Assembly (NCBI GenBank): GCA_900544545.1 | Contig: UQVY01000003.1 | Span: 81,655-145,654, forward strand | Direction of reading: 5' to 3' | Origin: an uncultured Eubacteriales bacterium | Lineage (GTDB): Bacteria > Bacillota > Clostridia > Christensenellales > CAG-314 | DNA length: 64,000 nt | Shown: positions 60,064 through 64,000 of the stretch, in pieces | Position numbering within the stretch: the first letter of the stretch is position 1 | Layout: each line of letters begins with the position of its first letter | The notes under the pieces: model-generated | Seen by the model: the letters and a program-made list of their open reading frames with translations, nothing else | Database searches by the model: none | Told to the model about the DNA's origin: nothing | Translations under genes and position numbers: made by a program

Positions 60064-61389
60064 TTAAACGGAAAGGAATTTCTCGATATTCGTGATATCG
60101 CCCGCGCCTACGAGAAGAATCGTCCGGTCGTCGGGAAGAGCTTCGATAAGTCCCGCGGCTTCGTGGAAATATTCCGCGAGATAGACCGTAAGGCCGGGAT
60201 TTTTCGCCTTTATCGCCTCGTAAAGGTCGCGGCTCGTTCCGCCCTTCAGGGGATTTTCGCGCGCGGCGTATACGGGCAGAAGCACGACCTCCTCGGCTTC
60301 GTCGAAACAGGTCGCGAATCTGTCCGCGAGGCTTTTCGTTCGGCTGTAGGTATGCGGCTGAAAAACTACGGTCAGACGCTTCCGTCCCGTGGATTTTACG
60401 GCTTCGAGAAGGCTTTTTATCTGCTCGGGATGATGGGCGTAATCCTCGATTATCTCCTTTTTTCCGATGAATTTGACGTCGGCTCTGCGGACTATCCCGG
60501 GGAAATTTCCGAGAGCGGAGGCAATTACGAGAGGCTCGATTCCGAGAGAATAAGCCGTCGCGAAGGCGGCGAGAGAGTTGATTGCGTTGTGCTTTCCGAA
60601 AAGAGAAGGGGTTATACGGCAGAGCTTCGAGCCGTTTTTTTCCGCGACGAAGGAGAATCTTCCGTTTTTTTCGGCGAAATCCGTCGCTCTGAAATCGCAG
60701 CCCTCGTTTTCTCCGAAATAAACGACTTTGCGGTCGGTTTTTATGAAATTATTACAGCTCTCGTGAGCGATTATAAGGGCGTTTTCGTCGCTTCCGCCGA
60801 TGAATTCGTTATAGGCGCGGTAAACGCTTTCCATATCGGGATAACAGTCCGTATGGTCGAGGTCGGCGTTCAGGATCACCGCGACGGTAGGTCGGAGATG
60901 AAGGAAGCTTTTCTTGTATTCGCATGCCTCCGCGACGCAGTAATCGCCCTTCCCGCAGAGAAAATTCCGTCCCTCGGGCTTCATCGCGCCGCCGATAAAA
61001 GCCGACGGATCCAGTCCCGCACGCGAGAGAATATGAGTTACGAGAGCGGAAACTGTGGTTTTTCCGTGCATTCCCGCAACGGCTACCGAGCAGGGAAAGG
61101 AATTGAAAACGCTCCCTAAAAGCACGTCGCGCCGCATAACCTTCGCCGCGTATTTTCTTGCGGCCGCGAGAAAAGGATCGTCTTCGGAAATAGCCGCGGA
61201 GTAAACCGCAATATCCGCGCTCTTTATGCGCTCGGGGTCGGTCGTTATGTTTGCCCCCATAAGCCGAAGGCTCTCGACGGCCTGGCTCATAACCGCGTCG
61301 CAGCCCGAAACGTCCTCGCCCTTTTTCGTAAGATAACCCGCAAGCGCGCTCATTCCCGCGCCGCCCGCTCCGATAAAGAAGTATTTCAT
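60064..61389 (-). CDS. murC: UDP-N-acetylmuramate--L-alanine ligase
   Basis: MKYFFIGAGGAGMSALAGYL N-terminus, GMHGKTT P-loop, and DYAHHP in the C-terminal domain. AAGGAGAA RBS before the ATG at 61389. Confidence 0.9.
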   Translation of the reverse strand: MKYFFIGAGGAGMSALAGYLTKKGEDVSGCDAVMSQAVESLRLMGANITTDPERIKSADIAVYSAAISEDDPFLAAARKYAAKVMRRDVLLGSVFNSFPCSVAVAGMHGKTTVSALVTHILSRAGLDPSAFIGGAMKPEGRNFLCGKGDYCVAEACEYKKSFLHLRPTVAVILNADLDHTDCYPDMESVYRAYNEFIGGSDENALIIAHESCNNFIKTDRKVVYFGENEGCDFRATDFAEKNGRFSFVAEKNGSKLCRITPSLFGKHNAINSLAAFATAYSLGIEPLVIASALGNFPGIVRRADVKFIGKKEIIEDYAHHPEQIKSLLEAVKSTGRKRLTVVFQPHTYSRTKSLADRFATCFDEAEEVVLLPVYAARENPLKGGTSRDLYEAIKAKNPGLTVYLAEYFHEAAGLIEALPDDRTILLVGAGDITNIEKFLSV

Positions 61390-61464
61390 ACGATTCTCCT
61401 TAATGATTTTCCGAAGTCCGTAACCTCGGGAATTTTTCGCTTTTTTATATGAGTTTCCGATTTT

Positions 61465-61545
61465 TTGGTTTATCCGAGTTTGCAAAGTCCGATTATCGAC
61501 TCGCAAAATTCTGTTATTGACTCGCAAGTCCGGATTTTTTCGTGT
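61465..61545. repeat. three ~23-bp degenerate direct repeats upstream of murC
   Basis: On the minus strand: ACTTGCGAGTCAATAACAGAATTT / TGCGAGTCGATAATCGGACTTT / GCAAACTCGGATAAACCAAAAAA. Confidence 0.7.
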
Positions 61546-61734
61546 CCTCTTAATTATATATGCCCGATTTTTCCGATTTACCGCCCGAATACGGAATTTT
61601 TTCCTGAATTTCGTAAAATTCGTATTATTGATTTATAAACACTTGTAAAAAAACTCGATTTATGATAGAATGGTATGGAATCAAAGAGCCGATCCGGAGA
61701 TTTTCCTCCGAGCGGTTCAAACGGAGGAAATTTT

Positions 61735-61974
61735 ATGGTATTTGAAAAACTCAGGGATATAATCGTGGATCATCTTCAGCTCAAACGCGAAGACATCAAG
61801 CCCGAATGCCGCGTCGTAGAAGACCTTAACGCAGATTCTCTCGACATAGTGGAAATGATTATGGACCTCGAAGACGAATTCGGAGTCAGCATTCCCGACG
61901 AAGCCGTCGCCGAGCTTAAAACCGTAGGCGATATTTCTTCTTTCGTGGAAAAAGAAATAGCAAAAAAGAAATAA
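61735..61974 (+). CDS. acpP: acyl carrier protein
   Basis: DLNADSLDIVEMIMDLEDEFG with the phosphopantetheine Ser in DSLD. GGAGGAAA RBS. 79 aa. Confidence 0.9.
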   Translation: MVFEKLRDIIVDHLQLKREDIKPECRVVEDLNADSLDIVEMIMDLEDEFGVSIPDEAVAELKTVGDISSFVEKEIAKKK

Positions 61975-61990
61975 TCCCCTATCGAACCGA

Positions 61991-62022
61991 ACCCGTCCGA
62001 CCTTTCCGTCAGGCGGGTTTTT
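61991..62022 (+). terminator. intrinsic terminator after acpP
   Basis: ACCCGTCCGAC ctttcc GTCAGGCGGGT (one mismatch, one G-U) followed by T5. Confidence 0.6.
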
Positions 62023-62199
62023 CCTTATGAAGCGGAAATCCGCATAATTTGCGGAGGTTTTGCGGACGGAATTTTTTTGATATAAAAAAATATTATTTTA
62101 TGCGCAAATATAGTTTACTTTTTTTTGAAATGAATATATAATATGACAGCATTTTCGGGAGCGATTTTTTACAGAAACGATTCCGAGGGGAGATAATCT

Positions 62200-62667
62200 A
62201 TGACGAAATATATCAAGTGTCCGCGCTGCGAGCTTAATTACATCGATCCCAGACAGGATATGTGCGATGTCTGCAAAGCAGAGCTGGGCGAACCGCTCAA
62301 TACGTTTACCGACGAGGAAGAAGACCTCGAGCTTTGTCCCGTATGCAAACGCAACTTCATCTCCTTCGACGAGGATATGTGTCAGGAATGCCGCCTTGCC
62401 AAGGAAGCGAGCGAGGATCCCGACGAAGAGGACGAGGACTGGAGAGAATACCTCGACGACGAGGACGAATCCACCGAAGACGACGGAACCCTTCCGCCCG
62501 AGGATATAGACGACGATTTCGAGGACGAATTCGAGGACGAAGAAGAGGAAGCGGACGAGGAATTCGAGGACGAGGACGACGATTTCGAGGAAGTCAAAGT
62601 AGACGATTCGGACGACGATTTCGACGATTTCGACGACGAGGACGAAGAGGACGACGATAATTACTGA
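62200..62667 (+). CDS. double zinc-ribbon protein with ~95-aa poly-acidic tail
   Basis: Two CPxC-x(11-13)-MCxxC units (CPRCELNYIDPRQDMCDVCK and CPVCKRNFISFDEDMCQECR) followed by an almost pure D/E/F tail. GAGGGGAG RBS. Confidence 0.55.
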   Translation: MTKYIKCPRCELNYIDPRQDMCDVCKAELGEPLNTFTDEEEDLELCPVCKRNFISFDEDMCQECRLAKEASEDPDEEDEDWREYLDDEDESTEDDGTLPPEDIDDDFEDEFEDEEEEADEEFEDEDDDFEEVKVDDSDDDFDDFDDEDEEDDDNY

Positions 62668-62924
62668 GCTTCGCGGGGAGGATTTTCCGGCGCCGCTCTG
62701 AGCCTTATATCTCCGCAAAGCATATCCTGATAGGAAAAAGTCCTGCGGTCGGTTACGCCGTTTTCCGTTTTTATGACGAAAACGCCGCCGTAGACTTCGC
62801 TTACCGTTCCGACGAAAACCATAACCTTGTTTCTTCCGGCGTTATGGCGGACGGTTACTTTTTTGCCGATAAGAGAAGAGATAGCCTGTCGGCATTGCTG
62901 CACGGTAGCTGTGGATTTGCGCAT
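62661..62924 (-). CDS. veg: Veg (biofilm-stimulating small DNA-binding protein family)
   Basis: IGKKVTVRHNAGRNKVMVFVGTVSEVYGGVFVI...TFSYQDML aligns by eye with Bacillus Veg (GKRLTLKANGGRRKT...YPSVFVI...SYSYADIL). Confidence 0.8.
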   Translation of the reverse strand: MRKSTATVQQCRQAISSLIGKKVTVRHNAGRNKVMVFVGTVSEVYGGVFVIKTENGVTDRRTFSYQDMLCGDIRLRAAPENPPREAQ

Positions 62925-63041
62925 TTCTGACCTCCGGGATTGTCCTGCGGGGATTATTGACGGAAGTCGCGGAGCTTAATCGCATAAGGCTAAAAATAAA
63001 AATATGAACGAAAAAATTTTTCATAAAACGAGGGAAAATCG

Positions 63042-63070
63042 TTGCGTTATTTTATGAATTATGATAAAAT
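63042..63070 (+). promoter_or_regulatory. sigma-70-like promoter for rpsT
   Basis: TTGCGT - 17 nt - TGaTAAAAT. Confidence 0.55.
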
Positions 63071-63128
63071 AGACAGGCTAACGAAGTAATAAATCGGACA
63101 AAACCGAAAGACATAACAGGAGCATAAT

Positions 63129-63563
63129 ATGCCGAATATCAAATCAGCAGAGAAAAGAGTAAAAGTTACAGCAGTCAAGAAACTCAACAATCAGATCGTT
63201 CGCAGCAGAATGAATACCGCCGTCAAGAAATTCAACGCGGCTATTGCGGAGAACGACGTTGCCCTTGCGGAACAGCTTATGCCGACGACGGCGTCGCTTA
63301 TCGATAACGCTGCGGTTCATCACGTTATTCATAAGAATGCGGCTAACCACAAGAAGGCTCAGATTGCTAAAGCTCTCTATCAGCTCAAGAACGGCGTAGT
63401 TGTCGTCAAGATGGACAAGAAGTCCCTTAAACAGGCGGAACAGAAGGCTGCCGCAGAACGTAAGGCTGCCGAAAAAGCCGCTCTTTCCGAAAAGCTCAAG
63501 GCTCAGAGAGCCGAGAAAGCTGCCTCGAAGGAAGCTGCGAAGGCTGCCGCAAAGAAGAAATAA
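63129..63563 (+). CDS. rpsT: 30S ribosomal protein S20 with ~55-aa Ala/Lys-rich C-terminal extension
   Basis: MPNIKSAEKRVKV...RSRMNTAVKKF S20 signature. At 144 aa it is well beyond the usual S20 length. Confidence 0.9.
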   Translation: MPNIKSAEKRVKVTAVKKLNNQIVRSRMNTAVKKFNAAIAENDVALAEQLMPTTASLIDNAAVHHVIHKNAANHKKAQIAKALYQLKNGVVVVKMDKKSLKQAEQKAAAERKAAEKAALSEKLKAQRAEKAASKEAAKAAAKKK

Positions 63564-63631
63564 GGGTAGTTTCTTTCCGAATTTTATGCGTAAGAATCCG
63601 AGCCGTGCTTTTCGGTACGGCTCGATTAAAT

Positions 63632-63707
63632 GCTAATGTGGCTCAGCCGGTAGAGCAGCTGATTCGTAATCAGCAGGTCAGGGGTTCAAATCCCCTCATT
63701 AGCTCCA
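63632..63707 (+). tRNA. tRNA-Thr (anticodon CGU), CCA encoded
   Basis: Acceptor GCTAATG/CATTAGC, anticodon stem GCTGA/TCAGC with loop TTCGTAA, T-arm AGGGG TTCAAAT CCCCT. Confidence 0.85.
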
Positions 63708-63708
63708 T

Positions 63709-63740
63709 AAGCAGTCTGCGTGCGCGCGGGCTGCTTTTTT
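63709..63740 (+). terminator. intrinsic terminator after tRNA-Thr
   Basis: AAGCAGTC ... GGCTGCTT followed by T6. Confidence 0.6.
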
Positions 63741-63852
63741 GCGTGCGGTTTAATATCCGCGGCCGATTGGGGCGCGGGTTTTTATGGATTTTCGTAAGGC
63801 TTCGGTTTTCCGAGGTCTTTTTTATTGGAGTTTGTCCGATTAAGTCATAGGA

Positions 63853-63936
63853 TTCGTTTAGCGAAAGCTTAAGTTCGTTTAACGAAGTCTTTAATTCGTT
63901 CAACCAATCCGCAAATTCGCGCAAGAAGTTCGGATT
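63853..63936. repeat. four 21-bp degenerate tandem repeats near the right window edge
   Basis: The units start at 63853, 63874, 63895 and 63916 (TTCGTTTAGCGAAAGCTTAAG / TTCGTTTAACGAAGTCTTTAA / TTCGTTCAACCAATCCGCAAA / TTCGCGCAAGAAGTTCGGATT). Confidence 0.8.
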
Positions 63937-63952
63937 GTCCGAAAATCGACGC

Positions 63953-63985
63953 AAAAAATCCTCCCCGAACGAATCCGAGGAGGAT
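63953..63985 (-). terminator. intrinsic terminator of a minus-strand gene lying beyond the right window edge
   Basis: ATCCTCC ccgaacgaatccg AGGAGGAT. The A6 on the plus strand gives a U-run on the minus strand. Confidence 0.55.
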
Positions 63986-64000
63986 AATAAGGTTCTGTCT

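Noticed and set aside
62262-62660. Arg-rich and Ser-rich alternative-frame ORFs (62262..62660+, 62382..62597-)
   Set aside because: These are frame-shifted or antisense readings of the GAN-repeat DNA that encodes the acidic tail of the zinc-ribbon protein.
63670-63954. 94-aa minus-strand ORF with a coiled-coil-like N-terminus (NELKTSLNELKLSLNE)
   Set aside because: The apparent heptad pattern is just the translation of the 21-bp tandem repeats. The ORF also runs through the tRNA-Thr terminator and into the tRNA gene, and it lies downstream of a minus-strand terminator.

Overview
This 64-kb window looks like core chromosome from a Clostridia-type Firmicute. The lineage markers are an IspH-S1 fusion, the Prp-L27 processing pair, RNase Y, a RexB-type AddB, a SipL-like LysM protein and Veg. 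I call 50 protein-coding genes and 3 singleton tRNAs (Pro-GGG, Trp-CCA, Thr-CGU), plus many sigma-70-like promoters and intrinsic terminators read by eye. Gene content is mostly housekeeping:
- a Na+-pumping oxaloacetate-type decarboxylase (BCCP, beta, alpha);
- surE, an AroH-Cmk fusion, plsC and ispH/rpsA;
- addB, murG, murC, comEC, holA, tilS-hpt and rplU-prp-rpmA;
- ogg, a four-subunit 2-oxoacid:ferredoxin oxidoreductase, htpG, pepF, rny, acpP, veg and rpsT;
- a MacB/FtsX-type ABC exporter;
- a GlpA-like / FAD oxidoreductase / DUF1667 cluster.

I found no rRNA, CRISPR array, transposase, integrase or phage genes.

The most unusual signals are at the DNA level.
1. Spacers downstream of many stop codons, on both strands, are built from decaying tandem copies of the gene's own last codons. 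This produces sense-strand purine-rich, GGA/CGAAA-rich spacers.
2. Phased 21-24-bp direct-repeat arrays sit in the upstream regions of murG, murC and htpG, and they share a loose GGAT(T)ATTGC-like core.
3. In-frame tandem duplications lie inside a class V aminotransferase (2 x 135 bp) and inside tilS (2 x 30 bp).

At the protein level, the notable items are:
- a roughly 2016-aa lipoprotein that fuses an S8 peptidase to a long BspA-type LRR region, preceded by a MarR-like gene;
- three MarR paralogs in total;
- an acyltransferase-fold protein whose catalytic His is replaced by Glu;
- two proteins with extreme poly-acidic tails;
- an S20 with a long basic tail.

All identifications come from motif recognition by eye. 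No searches or computations were run, and repeat identities are hand counts.
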